This document shows, piece after piece, positions 30,449 through 39,690 of a stretch of 55,583 bases of DNA. Under the pieces are notes generated by a model. The model ran no database searches, was not told where the DNA came from, and saw nothing but the letters and a program-made list of their open reading frames with translations. Made by a program: the position numbers and the translations under genes. Source of the DNA: Candidatus Methylomirabilia bacterium (lineage in GTDB: Bacteria; Methylomirabilota; Methylomirabilia; Rokubacteriales; CSP1-6); contig JBGQEL010000020.1 in the NCBI GenBank assembly GCA_041496385.1, positions 1 to 55,583 of the forward strand, read 5' to 3'. The first letter of the stretch is position 1; each line of letters opens with the position of its first letter.

Positions 30449-32074
30449 TCAGGGCGCCGGGCCGCGGTGGGGCGGCCACCGCCTGAGCGCCTCTTCGCGT
30501 AGCTTCACCTTCTGGATCTTGCCCGAGCTGGTCATGGGGAAGTCGTCGAGAAAGACGACGTGGCGGGGGATCTTGAAGCTCGCGATGCGGCCGCGGCAGT
30601 GGGCGAGCACGTCCTCCTCGGTCAGTGCCTTGCCCGGTGCGCGACGGACGAAGGCGACCCCCACCTCGCTGAGGCGCGCGTCCGGGTAGGCGACCACGGC
30701 GGCGAGGTTGATGCCGGGGTGCGACATCAGGTAGGCCTCCACCTCCATCGGGTCCACGTTCTCGCCGCCGATCTTGAGCATGTCCTTGTAGCGGCCCATG
30801 AAGCGCAGGTGCCCGTCGGGGCGGAGCGTGCCCATGTCGCCGGTGTGCATCCAGCCCTCGCGGTCGACGGCCGCGGCGGTGGCCTCGGGCTTCTCGTAGT
30901 AGCCGCGCATGAGCGTATAGCCGCGCACGAGGATCTCGCCGGGCGTGCCCGAAGGCTGGTCGCGCCCCGTCGTGGGATCGACGACGCGGATCTCGTAGCC
31001 CGGCGCCGGATAACCCGAAGCCTCGCAGGACTGCTCTTCCGTCGAGTCGAGCGCGCCGATGGAGGCGCCGACGCCGAACTCGCTCATCCCGTAGCCCGAG
31101 ACCAGCGGGCCGAAGAGCGTGCGCGCGCGGCGGGCGATGGGGACGGAGCTGGCCATCCCGGCGCCGAGGATGCCCGTGCGGACGCTGGAGACGTCCCGCG
31201 GTTGACGCGCGTGGGCCTCGCAGAGCTCCTTGAAGTGCGTGTCGAAGCCGTGGAGCATCGTGGCCCGCTCACGGGCGATCAGCTCGAGGCTCTCCGCCGC
31301 GTCGAAACCCTCGGTGAGCACCTGGCGGGCGCCGGTCACCATCGAGGTGAGCATCCCTTCCGAGAAGGCGAAGAGGTGAAACAGCGGGAGGTACATCATG
31401 ATGACGTCCTGCTCGCTGACGGCCAGGCGGAACGCGCGGTCGGTGACGTTGCGGATCATGGCGTGGCCGTGCATGACCCCCTTGGGGAATCCGGTGGTGC
31501 CCGACGTGTACATGAGGAAGGCGAGGTCCCCGGGATCGACCGCCGCCGCGCGCAGCGCGAGCGCGCCCGCACCGGCCGGCGAGCCGCTCCCGAGGACGTC
31601 GGCCCAGGGCACCGTCTCCGGCTGCCGCTCGTCGCCGAGGAGGACGATGCGCTCGAGCTTGGGGAGCCGGCTCGCGCCCGGCGCCGCCCCCAGGGGGGCC
31701 AGCTCGCGGACCATCGCGAGGTAGTCCACGGGGCCCGCGCGCCCGGCCAGGATCAGCGTGGCGGAGTCCGACTGTTCGAGAATGTACGCGACGTCGTCGG
31801 TGCGGAGCCGCGTGTTGACCGGCACGAGGACGGCGCCGATCTTGATCGCGGCGAACGCGATCTCGATCCACTCGGGGCGGTTGGGCAGCCAGAGCGCGAC
31901 CTTGTCGCCGCGCCGGACGCCGAGCGCGATGAGCCCCCGCGCGACGCGGTCGACGCCGGCGGCCAGCTCGGCGAAGGTCCAGCGGCGTCCCTTGAAGCAG
32001 AGCGCCTCGCGCACGCCCCAGCGCCGCGCCGCCCGCTCGGGGAGCGCGCCGATCGTGGTCGGCTCGAACCACAC
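30449..32074 (-). CDS. AMP-dependent acyl-CoA synthetase
   Basis: YTSGTTGFPKG, GYGMSE, HTGD, GGENV, TSSGKIQK. Confidence 0.92.
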   Translation of the reverse strand: MWFEPTTIGALPERAARRWGVREALCFKGRRWTFAELAAGVDRVARGLIALGVRRGDKVALWLPNRPEWIEIAFAAIKIGAVLVPVNTRLRTDDVAYILEQSDSATLILAGRAGPVDYLAMVRELAPLGAAPGASRLPKLERIVLLGDERQPETVPWADVLGSGSPAGAGALALRAAAVDPGDLAFLMYTSGTTGFPKGVMHGHAMIRNVTDRAFRLAVSEQDVIMMYLPLFHLFAFSEGMLTSMVTGARQVLTEGFDAAESLELIARERATMLHGFDTHFKELCEAHARQPRDVSSVRTGILGAGMASSVPIARRARTLFGPLVSGYGMSEFGVGASIGALDSTEEQSCEASGYPAPGYEIRVVDPTTGRDQPSGTPGEILVRGYTLMRGYYEKPEATAAAVDREGWMHTGDMGTLRPDGHLRFMGRYKDMLKIGGENVDPMEVEAYLMSHPGINLAAVVAYPDARLSEVGVAFVRRAPGKALTEEDVLAHCRGRIASFKIPRHVVFLDDFPMTSSGKIQKVKLREEALRRWPPHRGPAP

Positions 32075-32082
32075 GGTCGGGT

Positions 32083-32703
32083 TTAGCTGGCGCTCCAGAC
32101 GAACGGCGCGAAGTGGGCGTTGTTCCGGCCGGACGTGTCGTCCCAGTCGATGCCGAAGGCGTGCATGTGGCCGCGGGACGCCTTCGCCAGCGCCAGACGC
32201 GAGGCCGCCGGGTGCCCCACATTGTCGAGGTAGATCGGCTCTCCCTGCTTGGCGCCGGCGACGCCCTCGATGGCAATGTCGAGCACGCCGGGGATGGAGA
32301 CCGAGCGGCGCATCCCGGTCTTCTCGATCTTGATGGGCTTCGCCTCGGCGCCGCCGAAGCGGCCGACCAGTGGACCGAGCGCGGCCATCGGCCCACCACC
32401 CTGGCCGCTCGCGATCGCGGACAAAGCCTCGCGCTGCGCCGCCGAGGCGCGTTCGTCCAGGATCACGCCGACGGTCCAGTTACCCTGGATCATCGGCCCC
32501 GGCGTGTGGAGCAGGACGGCGAAGCTCAGGCCGTCGAGGTTCGTGCTGCCGTACCTGCCGCGCACAACGCTGAACACGAGGCCCGCGTCGCAATAGCCCT
32601 TGGTCGGCGGCGCCGCCATCCCCGAGGTCGGGCAGGGGCACAGGAAATCACAGTTGCACGCCTCGAAGTACTCGCCGCTGATCTCCCACGTCACGTTTGC
32701 CAT
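32083..32703 (-). CDS. DUF1326 family protein
   Basis: GEYFEACNCDFLCPC Cys cluster, GNW, ASGQGGGP. Adjacent to DUF2182. Confidence 0.85.
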   Translation of the reverse strand: MANVTWEISGEYFEACNCDFLCPCPTSGMAAPPTKGYCDAGLVFSVVRGRYGSTNLDGLSFAVLLHTPGPMIQGNWTVGVILDERASAAQREALSAIASGQGGGPMAALGPLVGRFGGAEAKPIKIEKTGMRRSVSIPGVLDIAIEGVAGAKQGEPIYLDNVGHPAASRLALAKASRGHMHAFGIDWDDTSGRNNAHFAPFVWSAS

Positions 32704-32734
32704 GATGAATCTCCCCCGGTTGCTCCGCGTCCCG

Positions 32735-33547
32735 TCACATCAAGTGGCCACCCGCCCGCAGCGCCACAGCCAGATCGGGTCGAACGGCGACGGCCACGCC
32801 GAGAAGCAGGAGCGCGACGCCGGCCACTCGCGCTACCCACTCGCCACACGGCAACAGCTTCTCGGCCGCCACGACCGCCGCGACGAGCAGGACCCAAGGG
32901 AGTCCCATCGCCCCGGCCGCGACAAGCACGACCATCAACGCCCAGCAGCAGCCCACGCAGTAGACGGCATGCGCCCAGCCCATCGCCAGGCCGCCACGCC
33001 AACCCGCGCGCCAGTGGCCGAGGAGGAACCCGAGGGGACTGCGGCAGCCGCTGAGACAGACCTGCTTGAGGCGCGAGAGCTGGAAGATCCCGGCGACCAG
33101 GAGCACGCCGGCGACTACGTACGCCAGCACTTTTCCGGTGACGGCGTCGAGCGCCACGCTCGCGAGATAGATCGGGACACCTGTCGCCGCCCAGAGCACG
33201 AGATACGTGAGCGTGAAGAGCGCGACCGGCACTCCCCGGACGAGCGCGCTCCCCGCATTCCGCTGTGTCGCGGCGTAGAGGCCGATCATCGGTGAGGCCG
33301 CCGGCAGCATCATCGCCGCCATCATGACGGCCCACGCCGCTACGTAGACGGCGCCGCCGGCGATCGTCGGCGCCATGGGCATGCCCATGCCCGCCATATC
33401 GTCGGTGTCCATTCCCGGCCGCAGGAGCCGGACCCACGCCGCCGTCGTGATCAGAAACAGGAGGCCGTGGGTCAGGACGGTCGTGCGGTCATGGCCCGCT
33501 ACGGCAGCGGGTGACGGGCCGGATTCGGAGGGAGGGTCAGCCAGCAT
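32735..33547 (-). CDS. DUF2182 family predicted metal-binding membrane protein
   Basis: WAVMMAAMMLP, KQVCLSGCRSP, YCVGCCWALM, AEKL. Confidence 0.87.
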   Translation of the reverse strand: MLADPPSESGPSPAAVAGHDRTTVLTHGLLFLITTAAWVRLLRPGMDTDDMAGMGMPMAPTIAGGAVYVAAWAVMMAAMMLPAASPMIGLYAATQRNAGSALVRGVPVALFTLTYLVLWAATGVPIYLASVALDAVTGKVLAYVVAGVLLVAGIFQLSRLKQVCLSGCRSPLGFLLGHWRAGWRGGLAMGWAHAVYCVGCCWALMVVLVAAGAMGLPWVLLVAAVVAAEKLLPCGEWVARVAGVALLLLGVAVAVRPDLAVALRAGGHLM

Positions 33548-33630
33548 CGCCGGCACTCTATCCCCGGCCTCCCCGCAAGTCCAGCGTGCACGGCGCGGCC
33601 GCGCTCACGCGTCTGCGGCCGCTCATGGTC

Positions 33631-34422
33631 TCAGTCTCCCATCACCAGACCGCCGTCGACCTTGATCGCCTGGCCGGTCATGTAGTCCGAGTCCGGCCCG
33701 GCCAGAAACGCGACGACGCCGGCGACGTCCTCGGGCGTCTCCCGCCGCCCGAGCGGGATGTCCGCCTTCCGCCGGTTCCACGCCTCGCGCGGCGCCCAGC
33801 CGAAGAGGGCGGAGAGCTCGCCGTCGATCTGCTCCCACATGGCCGTGTCCACGGCGCCCGGGCAGACACAGTTCGAGGTGATCCGGTCGGCCGCCAGCGC
33901 CTGCGCCGCCGAGCGCGTGAGGCTGATGACGCCGGCCTTGGAGGCGGAGTATGGCGTCAGCAGGTGATTGCCGCCGCGGTAGCCCGCGACCGACGCCGTG
34001 TGGATGAGCTTGCCGCGGAGCTCGGAGCCGGGGATGGGCGCCTGGCCCTTCATGCGCCGCGCCGCGGCCTGGAGGACGAAGAACGCCGCGCGCAGGTTCA
34101 CGCCGAGCACGCGGTCCCACTCCATCTCCGTCACGTCGAGCAGCGGCTGGACGCGGATCACGCCGGCGTTGTTGAAGAGCACGTCGAGACGGCCCCAGCG
34201 ACGGAAGGGCTCGTCGACCATGCGCGCGACGTCGACGGCGCGCGTCACGTCGGCCTGGACGGCGACGCCGCCCAGCTCGGCGGCGAGCTTCTCGACCCGC
34301 GGGCCGTCGAGGTCGGCGAGGACGACCCGGGCGCCGCCGGCGACCAGGCGGCGCGCCGTCGCCACGCCGATTCCGCCCGCGGCCCCGGTGATCAGGACGA
34401 TGCGGTTCTCGAGCTGGGCCAT
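33631..34422 (-). CDS. SDR family NAD(P)-dependent oxidoreductase (polyol dehydrogenase-like)
   Basis: TGAAGGIG, NNAG, YSASK, CPGAVDT. AGGAGG RBS. Confidence 0.92.
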   Translation of the reverse strand: MAQLENRIVLITGAAGGIGVATARRLVAGGARVVLADLDGPRVEKLAAELGGVAVQADVTRAVDVARMVDEPFRRWGRLDVLFNNAGVIRVQPLLDVTEMEWDRVLGVNLRAAFFVLQAAARRMKGQAPIPGSELRGKLIHTASVAGYRGGNHLLTPYSASKAGVISLTRSAAQALAADRITSNCVCPGAVDTAMWEQIDGELSALFGWAPREAWNRRKADIPLGRRETPEDVAGVVAFLAGPDSDYMTGQAIKVDGGLVMGD

Positions 34423-34435
34423 GACTCCTCCTTGT

Positions 34436-34801
34436 TCACGCGAGCGGCACGATGGCGTAGAAGCGCGGCACCTCTCCCACGACGCGCGTGACGTGCCCGC
34501 GGCCGGTCAGGTCCTCGGCCAGCACCACGTCGCCCGGCCCGATCCGCGCCACGGAGCCGTCGCCCACCTCGATCTCGGCGTGGCCCGAGAGCGAGATCGA
34601 ATACTGTCGCCGCGGAGCGCAGTGCCAGCTCAGCACGTATCCCGGCGGGGAGACCCGAAAGACGATGCCCGTGGCCCCTTGCGGCGCGGTGCCCTCGCCG
34701 TGGGCGCCCTCGGTGTCGGTGAAGGGCCGCATCGCCAGAGGCACCTCGGCCAGGTGCGACTGTCCGTCCGGGCCGCTGTAGACGCGCCAGATCCTCGCCA
34801 T
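34436..34801 (-). CDS. Small cupin-fold protein
   Basis: WHCAPRRQY...SGHAEIEVGDG...GPGDVVLAEDLTGRGH. Confidence 0.8.
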   Translation of the reverse strand: MARIWRVYSGPDGQSHLAEVPLAMRPFTDTEGAHGEGTAPQGATGIVFRVSPPGYVLSWHCAPRRQYSISLSGHAEIEVGDGSVARIGPGDVVLAEDLTGRGHVTRVVGEVPRFYAIVPLA

Positions 34802-34813
34802 GGTCGTGCTCTC

Positions 34814-35686
34814 CTACGCGTGGATGCGGTAGATGCGGATGCTGTTGTCGTGGAAGAGCGCCCGCTGGGCGGCGGGCGGCAGATCGGCGACGAAGCGTCT
34901 GAAGCCGTCGACGATCGTGTCGTAGCTCGCGCAGAGGCCGTCCACCGGGAAGTTCGACGCGAACATGCAGCGCGCGACGCCGAAGACGGCGATCGTCTCG
35001 CGCACGACGCGGCGGTTGCTCTCGCCCGGCCAGGTCTGGTCGCGCGCGCCGAGCCCCGAGATCTTGATCGCCACGTTGGGCTCGGCGGCGACGCGCGCGA
35101 GCGCGCCACGCCAGGCGCGCAGGCCGTCATCACTGCGGTCGACGGGGAGCCCCGTGTGGTTCACGACCATCTGCGTCCGCGGGAACGCCCGCGCCAGGTC
35201 TGCGGCCTCGTCGAGCTGGGCGAACGGCGCCTGGAGGTCGTACGAGAGGCGATGCCGCTCGAGGAGCGCGTAGCCGCGGCGCCACGCGTCGTCGAGCATC
35301 TGCCCCGGCGCGGGCTTCTGGCGGATCCCGCGCACGAAGTCGAACCCCGCGTGCGCCGCGAGCACCTCCCCGGCGTCGTCCCGCTCGAGCCGCGCGTGTC
35401 CCACGGCCACCGTCGGCAGCTCGTGGGCGCGGCGCAGCTCGGCGAGCCAGCGTGTCTCGCCCACCTCGTCGGCCGGGTCCCACTCGGCTTCCATGTGGAC
35501 GGTCGCGGCGACGCGGTGCTTCGCCGTGTCGCGCCGATAGTCGTCGGGCAGGTAACGCCGCCTGATCGCCGCGTAGTCGCCGTAGCGGAAGTCGGCGAGG
35601 GGCGCGATCGTGAGCCAGGGATAGGGATTGCGCGCGGGGTCCCAGAAGTGCTGGTGCGCGTCCACGATCGCGTCGTCGTCGGCCAC
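34814..35686 (-). CDS. Amidohydrolase_2 family protein (lactonase-like)
   Basis: DAHQHFW, VVNHTG, KISG, MFASNFPV. Confidence 0.88.
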   Translation of the reverse strand: MADDDAIVDAHQHFWDPARNPYPWLTIAPLADFRYGDYAAIRRRYLPDDYRRDTAKHRVAATVHMEAEWDPADEVGETRWLAELRRAHELPTVAVGHARLERDDAGEVLAAHAGFDFVRGIRQKPAPGQMLDDAWRRGYALLERHRLSYDLQAPFAQLDEAADLARAFPRTQMVVNHTGLPVDRSDDGLRAWRGALARVAAEPNVAIKISGLGARDQTWPGESNRRVVRETIAVFGVARCMFASNFPVDGLCASYDTIVDGFRRFVADLPPAAQRALFHDNSIRIYRIHA

Positions 35687-36903
35687 TAGGCGGCCGGGGC
35701 CTGCAGCGCCACGCCGCGCGCGAGCAGGGCGCCGATCTCGGGCTCGGCGTACCCGAGATCCTCCAGGATCTCGACCGTGTGCTGACCCAGCTCGGGCGCC
35801 GCCGTCGGCGGCGTCTTCGCGACGCCGGTGACGCTGATCGGATTGGCCACCGTCTCGAGCCGCCCGAAGCGCGGGTGGTCGAACGCGGGCAGCAGATCGT
35901 TGGCGTGCATCTGCGGGTCGCTCGCGACGTCGTCGTACGTCGCCAGGATCGCGAACGGCAGGTCGTGCGCCTCGAGCCGCGCCTTCCAGTACGCGGCGTC
36001 GTGCTCACCGAAGACCGCGTCGAGGATGGCGACCAGCTCCGGGCCGTGCCGGCGCCGCCCCGCCGTGTCCGCGAAGCGCGGATCGGTCATGAGGTCGGGG
36101 CGGCCGACCGCGGCGCAGAAGCGCGGCCAGAGCTTCTCCGGGTTGACGAGCGCGAACTTCAGCATGCGCGCGTCGCGCGTCTGGTAGTACACGACGGCGA
36201 CGCCCTGGCCGCGCGGGCCGGGGACCTTGGGGTGGAACGTGGCGCCGCAGAGCCGCGCCTGGATGCTCGTCGCGTTGGCCCAGGCGCCCGCGGCGAGGAG
36301 CGAGGTGCCCACCTTGAGGCCGCGCCCCGTGCGCTCGCGCGTGAAGAGCCCCAGCGCGACGGCGCCGAAGAGGGCCAGCGCGCTCGGATGATCGCCGGCG
36401 CCCGCGGCGAGCTGGCCGAGCGTTCCCTCGGCGGTCAGCAGGCTCGCCTCGAGCCCCGAGCGCGACCAGTAGACGATGGTGTCGTACGCCGGCTTCCCCG
36501 CCTCCGGCCCGGCCTCGCCGAAGCCCGAGGCGCTCGCGTAGACGAGCCGAGGGTTGAGGGGGGCGAGATCCTCCCAGCGCAGCCGGAGCTTCTCGAGCGC
36601 CGCGGGGCGGTAGTTGGTCAGGAACACGTCCGCGCGCGCGACAAGCCGCTGGAGGATCACGGCGCCCTCCGGCTGCTTCAGATCGAGCGCCACGCCCTTC
36701 TTCGAGCGGTTGTCGACCAGGAACGAGTAGGGCAGCTCGGAATCGGGCAGCGTCGGCAGCTCGTGCATGCGCCGGTTGTAGTCGCCCTCCGGCGGCTCGA
36801 CCTTGACGACGTCGGCGCCGAAGTCCGCCAGCATCGCCGCCGCCGAGGGCACGAGGATCATCGAGGCCGCCTCCACCACACGGATGCCGGCGAGGAGGCT
36901 CAC
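35686..36903 (-). CDS. CaiB/BaiF family CoA transferase
   Basis: LADFGADVVKVE, NRSKK, DVFLTNYRP, GD catalytic Asp, APELGQHT. Confidence 0.9.
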   Translation of the reverse strand: MSLLAGIRVVEAASMILVPSAAAMLADFGADVVKVEPPEGDYNRRMHELPTLPDSELPYSFLVDNRSKKGVALDLKQPEGAVILQRLVARADVFLTNYRPAALEKLRLRWEDLAPLNPRLVYASASGFGEAGPEAGKPAYDTIVYWSRSGLEASLLTAEGTLGQLAAGAGDHPSALALFGAVALGLFTRERTGRGLKVGTSLLAAGAWANATSIQARLCGATFHPKVPGPRGQGVAVVYYQTRDARMLKFALVNPEKLWPRFCAAVGRPDLMTDPRFADTAGRRRHGPELVAILDAVFGEHDAAYWKARLEAHDLPFAILATYDDVASDPQMHANDLLPAFDHPRFGRLETVANPISVTGVAKTPPTAAPELGQHTVEILEDLGYAEPEIGALLARGVALQAPAA

Positions 36904-36974
36904 GCGCCCGGGTCGAACGCCGCGTCGGTCACGGGCGGGATGGTACCAGACCTCGGCGATGCTACACTGCGTCA

Positions 36975-37994
36975 GTGAAGCTCGCTCATCCGTGGTCGGA
37001 GCCGCCGGCGCCCGGTGAGGTCACCGTCGTCGCGCCGGGCATCGCGTGGCTCCGAATGCCGTTGCCGTTCCAGCTCAACCACATCAATCTCTGGCTCCTG
37101 GAAGACGGCGATGGCTGGACGGTCGTGGACACGGGCGCCGGGCTCGACGACACGCGCGGACTCTGGGAGCGCATCTTCGCCGGACCTCTCGACGGCCGGC
37201 CGGTCACGCGCGTCCTGGTCACCCATTTCCACCCCGACCACATGGGCAACGCGGGCTGGCTCACCGAGCGCTGGCGGACCGATCTCTGGTGCACGCAGAC
37301 GGAGTGGCTCTACGCGCAGTACGCGCGCCGCGCGCGGGACGGAGGCGACGGGGACGCGCGCGTGGCCCACTACCGGCGCCACGGCGCGCGCGAGGACGCC
37401 CTCGCGCTGATCCGGGAGCGCGGCAACCCGTACCCCGCGCTGGTGCCCACGCTCGCGCCCGCGTACCGGCGAATCCGCGAGGGCGACGCCCTCGAGATCG
37501 GCGGCCGCCGCTGGGAGGTGCTCACGGTCTACGGACACGCGCCCGGGCACGCGTGCCTCTGGTGCCGCGAGCTCGGCGTCCTGATCTCGGGCGACCAGGT
37601 GCTGCCCAAGATCACGACGAACGTCAGCGTGTGGCCCGAGCAGCCCATGGGCGACCCGCTCCGCCTCTACCTCGACTCCTTCGCGCGCTTCCAGCCGATG
37701 CCACCCGAGACGCTCGTCCTACCCTCGCACGGGCTTCCGTTCACCGGCCTGCACGCGCGGATCGCCATGCTGCGCGAGCACCACGAGACGCGCCTGGGCG
37801 AGGCGCTCGACGCGCTCGTCGAGCCGCTCTCCGCCGCGGACCTCGTCCCGACGCTCTTCCGGCGCACGCTCGACAGCCACCAGCTCGGCTTCGCCCTGGG
37901 CGAGTCGCTCGCGCACCTGCGATTCCTCGAGTCGGGCGGCCTCGCGGCGCGCGTGGTCGGAGAGGACGGCGTCCACCGCTTTCGCAAGGCATGA
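36975..37994 (+). CDS. Metallo-beta-lactamase-fold hydrolase
   Basis: VDTG, THFHPDHMG, GHAPGH, SGD, PSHG. Confidence 0.9.
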   Translation: MKLAHPWSEPPAPGEVTVVAPGIAWLRMPLPFQLNHINLWLLEDGDGWTVVDTGAGLDDTRGLWERIFAGPLDGRPVTRVLVTHFHPDHMGNAGWLTERWRTDLWCTQTEWLYAQYARRARDGGDGDARVAHYRRHGAREDALALIRERGNPYPALVPTLAPAYRRIREGDALEIGGRRWEVLTVYGHAPGHACLWCRELGVLISGDQVLPKITTNVSVWPEQPMGDPLRLYLDSFARFQPMPPETLVLPSHGLPFTGLHARIAMLREHHETRLGEALDALVEPLSAADLVPTLFRRTLDSHQLGFALGESLAHLRFLESGGLAARVVGEDGVHRFRKA

Positions 37995-38629
37995 CGGCCG
38001 CGGCGGGCATCACGGCCGTGGTCTTCGACATCGGCGGCGTCGTCCAGGACTCGCCGCTCCACGCGATCGCCCGCTTCGAGCGGGACCACGGGCTGGCACC
38101 GAACGCGATCAACCGCGCCGTCGTGGCGGCGGGCGAGCGCGGCGCCTGGTCTCGGCTGGAGCGGGGCGAGCTGACCGTCGAACGCTTCGTCGCGCCGTTC
38201 GAGGCCGACTGCCGCGTCTTCGGCCTCGAGGTCGACGGCACGCGCCTCATGACCTACATCGCGCGCGCGGGCGTGGCGCGGCCGCAGATGGTCGGCGCCA
38301 TCCGGCGCATCCGCGCACGCGGCCTTCGTGTCGGCGCGCTCACGAACAACTGGGAGACGGAGAGGCCCCTGCCGCCGAGCCCGCTCCGCGAGCTGTTCGA
38401 CGCGTTCGTGGAGTCGCGCGCGGTCGGGATGCGCAAGCCCGACCCACGCATCTACCAGCTTGCCTGCCGCGAGCTCGGCGTCGAGCCGCGGGCCGCCGCA
38501 TTCCTCGATGACATCGGCACGAATCTGAAGGCGGCCCGCGCGCTGGGGATGACGACGATCAAGGTCGTGGAGCCGGACGCGGCGCTCCGCGAGCTCGGCG
38601 CGTTGCTCGGCTTCGACCTGCTCGGTTAG
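37991..38629 (+). CDS. HAD family phosphatase (ACAD10/soluble epoxide hydrolase N-terminal-like)
   Basis: FDIGGV, LTNNW, GMRKPD, FLDDIGTN. ATGA overlap with the MBL gene. Confidence 0.88.
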   Translation: MTAAAGITAVVFDIGGVVQDSPLHAIARFERDHGLAPNAINRAVVAAGERGAWSRLERGELTVERFVAPFEADCRVFGLEVDGTRLMTYIARAGVARPQMVGAIRRIRARGLRVGALTNNWETERPLPPSPLRELFDAFVESRAVGMRKPDPRIYQLACRELGVEPRAAAFLDDIGTNLKAARALGMTTIKVVEPDAALRELGALLGFDLLG

Positions 38630-38657
38630 AATCCCCGTCTCACGCCACATCGCTTCC

Positions 38658-38828
38658 CGCGGCGACCCGGGGCGACGGCCGAGTGCGCCAGGGGTCCCCG
38701 GACCCGTTCCAGTCTCGCGACGACGGCGGTGGCGCGTCTGCTGGAGCCCAGCAACAGCGGAGCAGCGGACGCGTGCCGCGTGGTCGCGGGGACCCCTGGC
38801 GCACTCGGCCGTCGCCCCGGGCTCCGCG
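38658..38828. repeat. Long palindromic element: perfect 35-bp inverted repeat enclosing a second stem
   Basis: 38666-38700 is the exact reverse complement of 38787-38821. Inner stem 38726-38743/38763-38779. Lies between convergent genes. Confidence 0.85.
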
Positions 38829-38867
38829 CGGCATGCTAAGGATTTCGAAAGCGGCGGGGGCGGCGGC

Positions 38868-39560
38868 TCAGGCGGGCGAAAGGCGGTCGACGAGCGCGAC
38901 GAGGCGCTCCGTCTCCGGACTCGTGAGATCCACGAACCAGAGGGCGACGCCTTCCTCGTCCACGCGACTGACGAGCGCGACCGCCTCCATCGGCGGCCCG
39001 CCGTCGGGCGGCGTGAAGACGACGCGCAGGCCGCCTCCCGCCTTGAGGCGCGCGTTGGTCTGAAGCTTCATGCCCGCCGCGGAGATCTCCGTGCACGTGC
39101 CCTTCCAGGTCGTGCCGCGCTCGGAGACGAGGCTCACGGCGAGCTTCATCGGGGCGCGCCGGGCCGCCCGCCGGCGCGCGCCGGGCCCTCCCTCGCGCGA
39201 GCGCGCGTAGGGCTCCAGCAGCTCCAGCACGCCCGCGAGCCGCTCGAGGGTGACCGGCTTGCGGAGATAGTCGAGCGCGCCGAGCTGGAGACACTGGCGC
39301 GCCTCGTCCTCGCTCGTCGCGCCCGAGACGACGACGACGGGCACGCCCGCCGCGCGGACCATCGGATGATCGAGAAACGCCAGGCCGCTCATGCCGGGCA
39401 GCCGGACGTCGAGCAGGATCGCGTCGGGCGGCTCGCGCTCGAGCTGCTCGAGGGCGCGCTCGGCGCTCTCGACCGCGACGGGCTCGTGGCGAAGCGCCGC
39501 GGCGAACTCGCGGAAAACGTCGCGGACCCCCCGCTCGTCCTCGACGATCAGGATGCGCAC
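38868..39560 (-). CDS. Response regulator with C-terminal PilZ domain
   Basis: REC (IVEDE, LLDVRLP, RKP). PilZ-type RRRAARR and EISAAG motifs. Confidence 0.85.
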   Translation of the reverse strand: MRILIVEDERGVRDVFREFAAALRHEPVAVESAERALEQLEREPPDAILLDVRLPGMSGLAFLDHPMVRAAGVPVVVVSGATSEDEARQCLQLGALDYLRKPVTLERLAGVLELLEPYARSREGGPGARRRAARRAPMKLAVSLVSERGTTWKGTCTEISAAGMKLQTNARLKAGGGLRVVFTPPDGGPPMEAVALVSRVDEEGVALWFVDLTSPETERLVALVDRLSPA

Positions 39561-39690
39561 GCCTGCGACGCTATGCGCAGACCGGAGCCACGTCAAGGGC
39601 CGGCGGGACGGCGCCGGGTGGCGGGCGGTGCATGGTATCGTGGGGCACCGCGACCGGCGGGGGCCGGCGCGCGACAGAACGGAGGCGGCG

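Noticed and set aside
36975..37994. Possible metallo-beta-lactamase resistance gene
   Set aside because: No signal peptide. Sequence and context fit cytoplasmic MBL-fold hydrolases of acyl-CoA metabolism.
38740..38770. AGCAG-containing loop reminiscent of SRP RNA domain IV, or a 6S RNA-like rod
   Set aside because: Lacks the CAGG...GNRA...AGCAG geometry and the large symmetric central bubble. Kept only as an unassigned structured element.
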